NCBI GenBank assembly: GCA_010909165.1 | Contig: VJWM01000025.1 | Location: 2,666,001-2,730,000, forward strand | DNA: 64,000 nt | Source of the DNA: Anthoceros angustus | Lineage: Eukaryota > Plantae > Anthocerotophyta | Direction: 5' to 3' | Shown: positions 37,998 through 50,260 of the stretch, piece after piece | Position numbering within the stretch: position 1 is the stretch's first letter | Layout: each line of letters starts with the position of its first letter | Made by a program: the position numbers and the translations under genes | The notes under the pieces: model-generated | The model's input: only the letters and a program-made list of their open reading frames with translations | What the model was told of the DNA's origin: nothing | Database searches by the model: none

Positions 37998-38642
37998 GCT
38001 GACTTCAAGATTCCTTCTTTCACAGCTGATGGAAGCTCCTGCTCTTTCTGCTGGATGTGGGACTCAGCATCTCCGGTCCACCCACTACTTCTCCTCACAG
38101 TCTGAAGAAAGGAAACTGCAACAATGACAGCCCTGTCACATGTCTCACATCAGCACCTAGACATACGACTGAGTCTGAATTGGCTGGGAAGGGACTCCGC
38201 AATGTGACCAACCCGCCACCCACCAGCGACACCAATCTAGAATATCAAGAGTCATCCACGATCAACATGTCACTTCTTTCGGATGGTTTCATGCATGCCG
38301 ACAAAATCACTGTTAAAACACATGCCACTGGAGCTAAGGATGGAATTTTAGTCAGTTTTAGCCCTAACCGAGCTTCCGTAACATTGTCAAAGCTTCGGAA
38401 TCTCGAGCAAAGCAAGTTACGTATTGATTGCAGAATCTCCCGGAACCTCTCGGAAGAAACCAGGGTGCGCTCCGCACTGTAACCATTTCTGGTTTAGCCA
38501 AAGTCCTGCTGGGTCATCGTCGTGGTCACAGCTTGGCAGACACTATCTCTGGAGCAGCATCTGATACAGGTATCTGGGATGAAGCACATTTCTCCAGGCT
38601 TTGAGAGCTGCCGGGTTGGGCGATTTTGAAGGTGAAGACATC

Positions 38643-40781
38643 ATGGATTCGGAGCAGGGTACGGGGAAGCGTTTTGTGGTGCACATCCCATCCTACTCTG
38701 AGGTCTTGGAGCACGACCGTCCCCGGCCTCCTCCCAACTTTTTCCGGCCCTCGACATCATCTCAGCAAGATGGGATTCAACGGATCTCAGATCTTCCAGC
38801 AGCTCAGCCGAGCGCAACAACTGCCTCGAGCTCCCAAGGAGTTCAAGCAAGTGCTGCAGGGGGGCAGCCTAATTCGTTCACTGAGGCATTTTCCTTCGTG
38901 AAGAACACAAAATTCTACGCTGCGCCTCCGGTTCTTCCTCCCCAAGTGCCAGCCACTCCTCCTGTGCAATGGGGCAATATGGGTGCAGAGAGTGTCTCCA
39001 AGCTGGAGTAAGTTTCCTGCATTTCGGATAGGGGTCCAGCACTTTGGTGGACGTCAGTATTTCAGCGTATAGCTTGTCAGCAACTTCTTTCCCCAACCTG
39101 TTATGCTTGGGTGTGCAGACCAGCGTCAGCGCATCAGTCCCGAAATGCCATTGTGGTGAACAAACGGCAGGTATGTCTCCAAATCCTTGGCGCTGAATCT
39201 AGTGCTTTCTCTATGGTAGGGATGTTGCTTATTTACTTTTTGGGGGTGTGGCGGCTGTTAGATTCAATTTTCTCTATTGGCAAAATGCAGCAAGGGAATC
39301 CTGTACTCAAGCACATAAGGAATGTCCGATGGGTCTTCGGAGATGTGGTGCCAGACTACTTATTGGGTCAATATTCATGTGCTCTCTATATAAGGTGCAA
39401 GTTTCTGTTCACAGTTTGAGGCGTTCTCCTGAAGTGCAGTGCAAACTCCTTCCATTCTTTGGAATGATATACGAGTACAGTAACATAAGGCACTTGCTTC
39501 TTACCAACAGCTTGCGATACCACTTGCTGCATCCAGACTATCTCTTTTTCCGAATTCGAGAATTACAGAAGAGCTATCGGTTGAGGGTAGTGCTATGCCA
39601 TGTTGATCTTGTGAGTAGCAGATTCACTATTCCAGGCAGTTTTATGGCTCCTGTAGTATAGTGGGATTTTTAAACAGCAGTGCTCTTGCTTTGATTTGCA
39701 GGAGGATGTGATCAAGCCATTGCATGAGATCACAAAAACAGCCCTACTTAACGATTGCAGCCTTATATGTGCTTGGAGGTGATTGTCTGACCTTAGACTC
39801 TACTTCAGGTTGCTACTGCAGACTGCAAGTAGGAGCATTGAGCCTTCCTTTTCGCTGAGTGTGGGTGGTACTTTACTGGGAGACATCAGGTTGGAAGAAC
39901 CAAGATTCCATGTCATTGACTGAAGTTCTCGGAAAATTTTCAGTTTAGAGGAATGTGCAAGGTACTTGGAGACTCTGAAGATGTATGAAAACAAGCCCGC
40001 CGATGCTATTCAGGAGCGAACTGATAATGACTATCTGTCCAAGGTAAGCTGCGTCTATTGTGTCATTCCTTTCACTCTGTCCAGCTTAATGTGTGGGCCT
40101 GTCCCGACAGATCCAGTGCTGTTGTGCAGCTGACTAGCGCATTGACAACAGTGAGGCACATCAACAAAACGGACGTGGTCACACTCGGTTCCTCATTCGG
40201 GGTTAGCATCTTCCTTTGCTCATTGAAGGATATCATATTTCGCGTACACCAACATGAGCTGTGACATGGTCCATGTGCAGACTCTTGCAGCAGTCGTTGG
40301 TGGTTCCATGGAGGACTTTGCTCGATGTCCAGGGATCGGAGAAAGGAAGGTGAAACGGTTGTATGATGCTTTCAATGAACCTTTCCGACGAGTTCCAAAA
40401 CAAATGCGGCCAAGTGATGTTGGTACAATTTTGGTTACTACTAGTCAGGAGAAGGTGTCTGAGGATGCCTCAGAAAAAGGAGTCGTCAAGCCAGCAACAT
40501 CCAAATTGCTCACGATGCCGGATGACTCTCTTCGTGAGGCTTTGAGTGCAGCTCGCAGGAAGTCTGCATCGAAGGGCCCTGTAGACCAGTCATCGGAGGA
40601 AGCAGTCAGGCTCGGACCTGAAAGTAGGGTGGAGCAGCCAGTGGAAGATGGCAGCGATGTTGTTGTGTGTACACAGAGACCATCCAGAGAAAGCTTGCAG
40701 GGCCACGATAAGCCAGTGGAGGAGAAAGGATGTCCTTCGGGAGTTGAAATGGCTGATGACGATTTTGTGTCTTTGGAGTAG
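38643..40781 (+). CDS. ERCC1: DNA excision repair protein ERCC1, multi-exon
   Basis: NAIVVNKRQ/QGNPVLKHIRNVRWVFGDVVPDYLLG, SLRYHLLHPDYL, ECARYLETLKMYENKPADAIQE, and HhH region LTTVRHINKTDVVTL...ARCPGIGERKVKRLYDAF. Confidence 0.96.
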
Positions 40782-41548
40782 ATGACTTGTATATATCTGC
40801 TGAACGTAAGTCAACAGATTCAGAGGTGCCACAATAGTATACTGCCCGTGAATATTTCAACTCTCAAAAACACGGATACACATGGAGCTAAGATTCCAAG
40901 AAACTGCAGCTTTGCAGGAATGAATTATAAATTGCGGCCTGCCAGCCCTCGCCGAATACTGTAGCTGTACACTTAACAAGGTCTGGATCTTTCTCCAGCC
41001 CCAAAGAAGGCACAGTATCGTGCTTGACAAAACGACCAATCAGAGATGCGCCTCAAACGAAGTTGCGTACTGCCTCCACTCTCAAAGAGAAGACCACGGA
41101 GGTGGCCAACTAAGAATGCGGCTTGTTATCGATTGGCAAGTTGTTGTTGAGGCCCATCGCCCAGAGGTCTTCACATGTGAATGGTTCTTCCCAGATGAAT
41201 GGTTCTGTGGTAGATGCATACAAAGGTGTCACACTGTGTCAGACCTAGCCAAAGTAGACATCGTGCCTACAGCGTTGACGACATCGAGGTTCAGACAAAA
41301 GGAAGCGAAGAAACTAGAACCTCTACAAACATGAAACTATGAGTGTCTACAAACCCTGCAGACCCTTCACCCACATGTTTGAAGTGACTTCAGAGGCCAA
41401 ACGTCACAGCAAGTTGTCACCCCTGGGACACAGCCCCAACAAACAGTGGAAATAGGCAGGATACTACCTAGAAAGAATCACTTTTCATTCAAAGAATTCC
41501 CATCCCCCTGAGCTACTGCTGGCCTAAACCTCAGGTGACGGATGTTTG

Positions 41549-42067
41549 CTAGCCCTGGCCACCCTCTACAAACGAGCCTTCAGGCCCATTCACATTCAGA
41601 CCAGATTGAGAGGGACCTGATAGAGTGGCCGCGGAAGGTGCTCCCTGTTGAAGATCTAAGACTAGACCTCGAACGGTCTTGCTCAACTGCTCAAGACGGG
41701 TCGCACTCAGAGGAGCTACTCCCTGCTTGTGTGTCCCTTCCTCTGTCATTTTGGCGAGCTTCGAAGCAATAGGGCCCGTTGCTTCATCGATTATACACTC
41801 AGAACACATCCTCTGCCTCACAGACTCCTGCAAATGAAGACACGGACTGTGGTCAACTTGAAGGCTGGGAGGATAGCTGTGCCACCGCTGCTCACAAGAA
41901 TTGATACAAACCCCCGGTGCCCTGGGTTGTATCAATTGTTGTGAGCAGCAATTCGCAGAGCGGTAAAAACTCACTAAAATCTCCTGCGCCCGGTCACAAG
42001 CAAAATAGAACAGCTGCTCGTTGTTGGCGTACAACTCCAAAGCCGCTCGAACCCTGGCAGTAGACAT
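41549..42067 (-). CDS. Hypothetical protein (unrecognised, Cys-containing)
   Basis: ~170-codon open frame from ATG 42067 in gene-like sequence. No family recognised. Confidence 0.3.
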   Translation of the reverse strand: MSTARVRAALELYANNEQLFYFACDRAQEILVSFYRSANCCSQQLIQPRAPGVCINSCEQRWHSYPPSLQVDHSPCLHLQESVRQRMCSECIIDEATGPIASKLAKMTEEGTHKQGVAPLSATRLEQLSKTVRGLVLDLQQGAPSAATLSGPSQSGLNVNGPEGSFVEGGQG

Positions 42068-42712
42068 CGTTTGTATCAGCAAGCTGCAACAAGACGCTGC
42101 CTTGACACACGATAGCAAACACCGGGCCAGAACGGATGTCAGCACACATACTGAGTTTCCGATTGCGCATCTCTAGCTTCCGCAACAGCTAACGCCGAGG
42201 CCATCAGCGCCTGCTCAAAAGAAAAGGTCTTGTGAGCTCTACAACAAGACGAGGAGAACAACAACACGCCATTCACCACAACGCCCAACATCGAAGGTCT
42301 TCTCCATGTTCTGCACTAGCTCCTCCATCTTCCCAAGCCACAGCCGCACGAAGACAGCCTACTTCAACACAAAGCTTGCTCATCTGTGTGCCGGACCAGA
42401 CTGTGCGGTTGCTTAACCTATACTAGAACTCGGGAAATGAGCCACCTCGACGACACCAGTCGAATATGCGAGGGTTCTCGATGAGAGAAATTGGGAACGG
42501 AACTCGTTCATAGATATGTAGGTGAGGTGCAATTGCCATTCCCACATAGGCTGCCTATACAAGTCCTGTCCTCACAAAGAGACCAGAGTAGAGTCGACAA
42601 AATAGGTATGATTTAGAAAATGGCTATCTACTTTACAGAGGGGTGAGGGATGGCCTCTGCTGCTGTTGAGCAGGCAGGCTCCCAATCGAAGCCCACACTA
42701 TTCACGGCTAGC

Positions 42713-43252
42713 TCACAATGAGAGGCCCGAGTCATCATCTCCCTCCGGAAGGCCAGATGAGTACACAAAGTAAAGGGACCAGATGAGAGTGGTGACTCCG
42801 ACCAAGATCCATCCCAGCTTGGAGTTGCTCAGGCCCAGGGACAGGCCGGTTCCCTCGGTGGAGAGTCTCTCATCGACCAGAGCCACGGCGGGGTGAGCAG
42901 CGGCAAGATACGCTGCGCTGGACGCGGCAGCGGCAATCTTGGAGAAGCCGTCGAATTTCTCATCCTTCCTCTCCGCGGAGCACACAATGCGTGCCCGTTG
43001 CAGGACCGGCAGGCCTGCAGAGGGAAACCGTTCAGGACATTCTTTCCAGCAAAAAATGCAATCCGATCCGGCTGCAATTCAATCGGCCAGGCATCGGGTC
43101 TCAAGGACTAGATCAGCGGCTACGAAATAGATTGCCGTGCAGAACTCACCGACTACGGGCGCGACAACGGCGCGCTGGCTGGTGGAGCTCAGCGGCTTCT
43201 GAACGAAGCAGGTGGCAGCAGCAGCGCATGAGGTAGCAGCGACGGCAGCCAT
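42713..43252 (-). CDS. PSBW: Photosystem II reaction centre W protein, chloroplast precursor, 2 exons
   Basis: [40 protein letters not shown]...DDDSGLSL. Ala/Ser-rich transit peptide exon from ATG 43252; intron ~43149-43015. Confidence 0.96.
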
Positions 43253-43413
43253 GGTGACGACTAGGGTTAGGCACGCCCTCCGGCTTGTTCAGCGTGCGGA
43301 AAGGGACGACGACGACTAACTTCGGCTCCGGCAACTGAAGATATCACGGCGCTGAAATCGAATGAAGACCCGACGCTTTGGCCGCGGAAAGCCATCCCAG
43401 GCTTCATGAAGCA

Positions 43414-43459
43414 GATAAGGGTGCAATCCGATGACGGGCTGTCACACCTGCCACGTGGC
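43414..43459. promoter_or_regulatory. I-box (GATAAG) and palindromic G-box (GCCACGTGGC) upstream of PSBW
   Basis: GATAAG at 43414-43419 and GCCACGTGGC at 43450-43459, 160-210 bp upstream of the ATG. Confidence 0.65.
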
Positions 43460-43850
43460 GCCTGCGATCCTAGCCCCCTTCCAAACGTCCAAACGGGAAC
43501 AAGCTTGGACTTCCTTGAATTTTGCGATAAATCCGAAAGGCAATGTCAATACGAATTAACGTTCGTGACTTCTTATCGTACCATTTGAAGAGCTTGGAGG
43601 AAATAGTCGACCTAGAATTGCGTATGTATCAAATCAAGAGCCCGGGCAGTATACCTAGTAGAGCTAAACCTAGCTATATGCATCTAAAGATTTAATTAAA
43701 AAATATAATAATTTATTTTATTTTAAATATTTATTAATATGGTATGATAAATGTTGGATAAAATTTATGAATAAATATGTTTACAAGTTAGTCAAGTCAC
43801 CTTAAAAAATTAATAGACATCAACATAGATCCATACATCTCAACAAGTAA

Positions 43851-44128
43851 TGTCTTTAGCTGTCCAAATAATTAAGTTGTATTTGCACTAGCTAGGCCAA
43901 AGGTATGACCTTGGTAACGAGAAAAAGCACAATCAATTCAGGACATGTCTTTACCTATCCAAATAAGTAGTTGTACTTCCACTAGCTGAGACGATGGTAT
44001 GACCTTGGCGAGCAAGAAAGAGCACAGTCAATTCAGGACATGTCTTTACCTATCCAAATAAGTAGTTGTACTTCCACTAGCTGAGACGATGGTATGACCT
44101 TGGCGAGCAAGAAAGAGCACAGTCAATT
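43851..44128. repeat. 95-bp tandem repeat, ~3 copies
   Basis: tgtcttta.ct.tccaaata...ggtatgaccttgg units start at 43851, 43946 and 44041. The last two are essentially identical. Confidence 0.93.
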
Positions 44129-44231
44129 TAACATTCTCACCGTTGGTTAGTCACTTGAGATCATAGCGCTAGCAAAGGGCTAACATAAAAATGCAGAACA
44201 CCGTAATGCAAAACAATGGAGGTAGAGACCC

Positions 44232-44620
44232 TTGCTTCCACTCTATCTCCGCAACTATGTGTCTTTCAACCTTAGGATATTTACACGTCATTTTCGTGTG
44301 GGGTCTCACCGTCTCGGGATTAAGATTGATAGATGGCTGCATCCCAAGCCACACACAGAGACCAAAATATGCAAGTTATGCAACAGGGAAGTTGAGACAG
44401 AGGAACACTTTGTTTTCGTTTGCCCCATCTACGAGGATATCAGGATTGCTTTTATCACCTTATTCATAGCACCTTGATCTTCGCTCCGAAGTTTCTTCTG
44501 TTTTCCTCACCTTGTTCATAGCACCTCGATCTTCGCTCTGAAGTTTCTTCTGTGTTCTTGACCCTGTTCTTAGAGGTGTTTGCTTGTAAGAAATGTGGGA
44601 TTATAGGGCAGAATGTATAC
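44232..44620 (+). mobile_element. 5'-truncated non-LTR retrotransposon (LINE) ORF2 3' end
   Basis: FRVGSHRLGIKIDRW...ICKLCNREVETEEHFVFVCPIYEDIR, the C-terminal CCHC region typical of LINE ORF2. Followed by a ~53-bp tandem duplication. Confidence 0.75.
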
Positions 44621-45322
44621 AGTCTTTCAACCTGCTAGATATTTGATTTACTTCACACCACTAGTACTTAGGAAATTTAGAATAGCAGTTAAACTTCAAT
44701 ACTTTTCTGTATATCTATTTTTCAGTCCCATGACGGAAATTCCATCCTTAGTGGACTTTAATACACTTCTTCATTCTTCTTCTTATGGATGTTGGGACGA
44801 GGCTACTCCTCCTTCTCCCCATGCCCTTGTCGAAAGATCTCTCTTCCCTTAGGGCGGATTCGCATGTGGGCACCTTCGCTTCCGGAATGACATTTTGGCG
44901 GAAAAGGGCCCGCCATGAGACCATCTTTAGTATACGGAAGGCCTGCCCTATGTTTATGGTAGGGGGGCTTTTTTTAGGTGGTTGTAACCGCCCGCTTAAA
45001 GAAGAAGGGGTCGCATCGTCCCCGGGTATAATGGTGTTCATTTTTGGACTTCAACACTGAGATCTGCAAATTCACATCTCGCGAGGAGCTCCTGTCTCGC
45101 GAGTCTTGCGATTTTGAGAGGAGCTTATGACTTGCACCAATTCTTCTTGATAACCTAGGAGTGGAAGGTGGAGCGACCACAAGGATTTGCTTCTTCCTCC
45201 ACAATATTACCGGACTGGTCATCAAAGGCATTGTTTGTGGTGCCTTCTCCTATGCCGTGTACTGCCCCACAGATTTCTGCCATTGGAGGTCAAGCTCCTC
45301 TCAAGAAGAGAGTGAACTAGAC

Positions 45323-45991
45323 ATGAACTGGATAGAGCCGGAACTCTGTATCTTGCAAGCTGCAAAACGTGAAGACTTTGATCGACACCAAGCAGGTGGC
45401 ACCAAGGAAAGGACCAAGACAGCAGCAGTCCGTTGGGCTGCCATTGTAGCTTCTTGTGCAAAACATGGGGTCAACAGGTCTGCCCGCCAGTGTCAGGAGA
45501 AGTGGGACTCTCTGTACTCTGATTTTAAGAAGATAAATGATTACCAGAAAGCGATTCCATCTGGCCAAGATGGATATTGGAGCATGGACAAGAAGTGTCG
45601 AACACAAGCTAGCCTCCCTGCAAAGTTTTTCTACCAGATTTTCGAACACATGCAGTCATGGCTCCAGCAAAGCAGAGTTGTGAATCCAGGCGGGTTGATC
45701 TTAGATTCAGGAGAGATGAACAATGCAGGTACAGCCACTCCAAGCTACAAATCATGAATTGAGTTGAATTTCCTTGTTTGTGGTTAGATTTGATTGGCTT
45801 TCGTTGTGCGCAGTTGTTGACAATTTTGGCATATCTTCAAGCGGTTGAGTACAAAGGGATGAAAACTTTGATTTATTTGGACACCAGAATCCTACTGTAT
45901 TTGAAGGAATGCCGAGCAGTTGTAGTCAACACACTGATGAGGACATGGACCCAAGGAACCATGGGACACCAGAACCTACTAGGACACCAAA
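45323..45991 (+). pseudogene. Harbinger ORF1, Myb/SANT (trihelix-like) DNA-binding protein, 3'-truncated
   Basis: WIEPELCILQAAKRE...RWAAIVASCAKHGVNRSARQCQEKWDSLYSDFKKINDYQ...YWSM. The second exon has a stop and is cut by the nested element. Confidence 0.85.
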
Positions 45992-48968
45992 CAGCGTCTG
46001 TTCAGAAAGGGGTTTCTCCTGTCAAAAAGGGTTTTGGAAAAAATCCCAACCCTATTTCGCCGGAAACTGAAGTTGCTTTGGTTTTTGTTGGTTTTTGTAG
46101 ATGTTCATCCATCGGTTCCGCATTCTCGGCTCGCACCACTGTCGAGTCATTTACACCGCATTGGCGCCTTGTACTCGTGTTCATGGCGATTTAGTCGGTG
46201 TGATGAAGGGCTAGTGACCTCATTGTTCCATAATTTCGTCATGTCCGTAGTTTCTGCATTTTGTGTGGTTGTGTATGTTTTTGTATACCAGGGGGGCCTA
46301 GGTGCGCATAAGTGCGCGTCTAAACAACGCTTATGCGCAAACTTGTGCACGACTGCAAAAAGAACGCGAAAAATAATCTTCTAATGGGACACATGTCCTT
46401 TGAGGTCCGAGGATGTCTTGGAACTCCCAACAAAATAACAAGTAGTAGACATCGGCGGAGGTTCACCTAGACCGCTCTCATATATCTATCCTATGCCCTA
46501 ATGCGATGAAGAACACCCTATCCCTTTTATCCTTTACGGTGTTTAGTCTCTTTCGGTGACCTAGTACCGGTTATCATCAAACATGTTAGGGGCCAACGGG
46601 TGAACAAGTGCATGTACCGGGGGCCTAGGCGCGCATAAGTGCGCGCACTGGGGCCAGGCAGGGGCCAGGGGGCCTAGGTGCGCATAAGTGCGCGTCTAAA
46701 CAACGCTTATGCAAACTTGTGCACGCACCAAGGTCAAGAAGGGCCTAGGAGCATGAACCCATATGGTTCATGCCTCCTAGTGCATTCAGACAGTTCATCC
46801 AAAGAAAAAGAGCAAAAGTCTAAAAACCCTTAAAACCCTAAAAAATCACAAAAAGTCCAGTTTTTGGCAGCGACTTGCCCTAAAATTTGACAATTTTTGA
46901 ATTGTTTTGTATACCGGGGGCCTAGGTGCGCATAAGTGCGCGTCTAAACAACGCTTATGCGCAAACTTGTGCACGACTGCAAAAAGAACGCGAAAAATAA
47001 TCTTCTAATGGGACACATGTCCTTTTGGAGGTCCGAGGATGCCGAACTCCCAACAAAATAACAAGTAGTAGACATCGGAGGTTCACCTAGACCGCTCTCA
47101 TATATCTATCCTATGCCCTAATGCGATGAAGAACACCCTATCCCTTTTATCCTTTACGGTGTTTAGTCTCTTTCGGTGACCTAGTACCGGTTATCATCAA
47201 ACATGTTAGGGGCCAACGGGTGAACAAGTGCATGTACCGGGGGCCTAGGCGCGCATAAGTGCGCGCACTGTGGGGCCAGGGGCTGGGGCCAGGGGCCAGG
47301 GGCTGGGGCCAGGGGCCAGGGGCCAGGGGCTGGGGCCAGACTTGTGCGCGCATAAGTTTGCGCACTGTGCAGGCCCAGTGCACGCACCCAAGGTCAAGAA
47401 GGGCCTAGGAGCATGAACCCATATGGTTCATGCCTCCTAGTGCATTCCTGCATTCATCCAAAGAAAAAGAGCAAAAGTCTAAAAACCCTTAAAACCCTAA
47501 AAATCACAAAAAGTCCAGTTTTTAGGCAAGTGCGCGCACTTGCCCTAAAATTTTTGACAATTTTTGAATTGTTTTGTATACCGGGGGCCTAGCATAAGTG
47601 CGCGTCTAAACAACGCTTATGCGCAAACTTGTGCACGACTGCAAAAAGAACGCGAAAAATAATCTTCTAATGGGACACATGTCCTTTTGGAGGTCCGAGG
47701 ATGCCGAACTCCCAACAAAATAACAAGTAGTAGACATCGGCGGAGTTTCACCTAGACCGCTCTCATATATCTATCCTATGCCCTAATGCGATGAAGAACA
47801 CCTATCCCTTTTATCCTTTACGGTGTTTCCGCCTCTTTCGGTGACCTAGTACCGGTTATCATCAAACATGTTAGGGGCCAGGGTGAACAAGTGCATGTAC
47901 CGGGGGCCTAGGCGCGCATAAGTGCGCGCACTGGGGCCAGGGGCTGGGGCAGGGGCCGAGGCAGGGGCCGAGGCAGGGGCCGAGGCAGGGGCCGGGGCTG
48001 GGGCTGGGGCCAGACTTGTGCGCGCACTGTGGGCAGGAGGCCCAGTGCACGCACCCAAGGTCAAGAAGGGCCTAGGAGCATGAACCCATATGGTTCATGC
48101 CTCCTAGTGCATTCAGACAGTTCATCCAAAGAAAAAGAGCAAAAGTCTAAAAACCCTTAAAACCCTAAAAATCACAAAAAGTCCAGTTTTTAGGCAAGTG
48201 CAAAGTGCAGACTTGCCCTAAAATTTTGACAATTTTTTGAATTGTTTTTGTATTTGTTTTGATATTTTTTTTGTTTTAAAGGGTTCCTTTCGACGTTTTC
48301 AACCTTTTTTGTGCACCTCCCTAATGTGGATATGTTCTTACCTCATCTTTTTTCTAGTGGTTAAAACTTTGAACTAGTAGTGAGAACCTTTTGCAACTTT
48401 TGAATCTTGAGACGTTTGGCGTGGGCCCAGCTCCAAGTGCAGACCATGCCACTCTTATTCTCGCACTGCATGTGGATCAAGAACATTAGGTCAATGAAGA
48501 TATTATTGTCCCAATGTCTAAGAAACAAAGTCCTGTAAAATTCTTAGAGCGAGAGTATAGTCTTAGGATTGAGTTGTATGAATGAAAGGTTGGTGCGCAA
48601 ACAAGTTTGCGCACGTAATCAACAAGAAGCCCTAAAAACTCTAAACGTTAGTATCGCTCAACACCGCAATGATTGCCGATGTTGGAGACTGCTTAGATGT
48701 GCGCGCATAAGTTTGCGCGGAATCTGGTCTAGTTTGAAAGAAAAAGCCGAGCGAGAATGGGACTTTAGGTTTTGCCACGCATTTGCAATCTACAATCTCA
48801 AATAACGTGTATCAAAACAATTATTCAAAAGGTTGCGGGTGACATGTCTACAGAGAAATACCAAAAAGGCTGATTATAGTGCGGATTTTTTCAAGTGCAA
48901 AAAGGGGTCCGGCCACGTCCGTGTGCAAAAAGGGGTTTCAGGAGAAACTCCTTTCTAAACAGACGCTG
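45992..48968. mobile_element. Nested non-autonomous TIR element containing three ~620-670-bp tandem units
   Basis: ~29-bp imperfect TIR CAGCGTCTGTT(C/T)AGAAAGG(G/A)GTTTCTCCTG at both ends. Internal repeat anchors at 46353, 46977 and 47639. No credible ORF. Confidence 0.85.
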
Positions 48969-50260
48969 TTGATTCTTCAGCATTGTCTCCTTCGTGCCTT
49001 TCACCTTGCATGTGCACTCTTCTCAACATATCCTTCCAACAGCCTGCAGTACTCAGGCTCACCATATTGAAGACGTATGTTGTGCAAAATGCAACAGGCA
49101 TATGTCACTTCAGCGAAATATTCAGCTGAACCCCTCCATACTTTTTGTCCGAGTATATGCCAGATGCATTTAAGTTGACCAAAGGCTCCCTCCACTATCA
49201 TGCGAGTGGAGGACTGCTTGAAATTAAAAGAATCCCATTGAGCTGATAGCTGCCTTCCGGGATATGGTGTGACAACCCAAGGCATGTCGGGATACCCGGC
49301 ATCCGCCACAATGTATTCCCGAACCACACCTGTACTGAGTTGTAAGACTGGACCGTTCAGGCGTCATCCTGAACATGCATTAGCATACAACGAACTGTTT
49401 CGGAAAATTCTACTATCTGTGGCATTTCAAGGCCACCCAGTGACTACATCAAGGAAAGCTTTGTCGGGACCTACAACTGCCTGCATACCCATGGTGTAGG
49501 TGCCATACCTACCATACCAATCCGTGCTTAGCGAGCCTGCAGGCAATTCGATGGTGAAATGAGTGGTGTCAATTGCACCACAACAATTCACAAATCCATG
49601 TTGAAGTTGAAAGCCTTGCTTGATCTCTGTGAACCTTGGAGCAGTTGGCCATTGTAGGTGATGTTTGCCACGCTGCAAAATAGAAGTCACGAACCGACGA
49701 CAAACATTGAAGGCCGTGGACGAATCTACACCAAATAACTCACTGAGGGTGCGGTAAGAATCCCCAGTTGCAAGTCTTCGGAGAGAGATTCTAACTTGCT
49801 TCTCAACTGGTAAAATCCTCCCTCGGATATTTCGGAAGCCAAGAATTTATGTGGGTTGGAGGTCCATTGCAACCAGCGAACACAAGTAATCGAAAGAATC
49901 AGGCTTGAAGCGGTAGAACATAGCAAACCTAAGCGGATCCTCTCTTGCAACCAGCTTGTGGTGAAGGGAAAAAAGCCCATCCACACTCGGCTTAATGTAA
50001 TATTCACCGTACTGCACCCCATGAAGCATTCGGTGAGAGATTCCTGATATACGCTGCAAGTGAGCTAGAAGCATTGTGATATCAGACTGTAAAGAGTGCA
50101 ACACGGTCTCTAATTCTTCGAATTGGGCATCTACATCAAGTGGAGAAGAACCATTTGTTGACCGTCGCCTGCAATTACAACGATGAGGCCTCAAAGCAAT
50201 GGCATTAAAGGAATCAATTACTGCAAGGACACCTCCAAGCAATGGTAGTGTACTCTCCAT
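48969..50260 (-). pseudogene. Harbinger DDE transposase (DDE_Tnp_4/HARBI1-like), disrupted
   Basis: NCCGAIDTTHF, MQAVVGPDKAFLDVVTGWP*, YIVADAGYP, FNFKQSSTRMIVEGAFGQLK, ACCILHNI. Stops and frameshifts. Confidence 0.93.
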
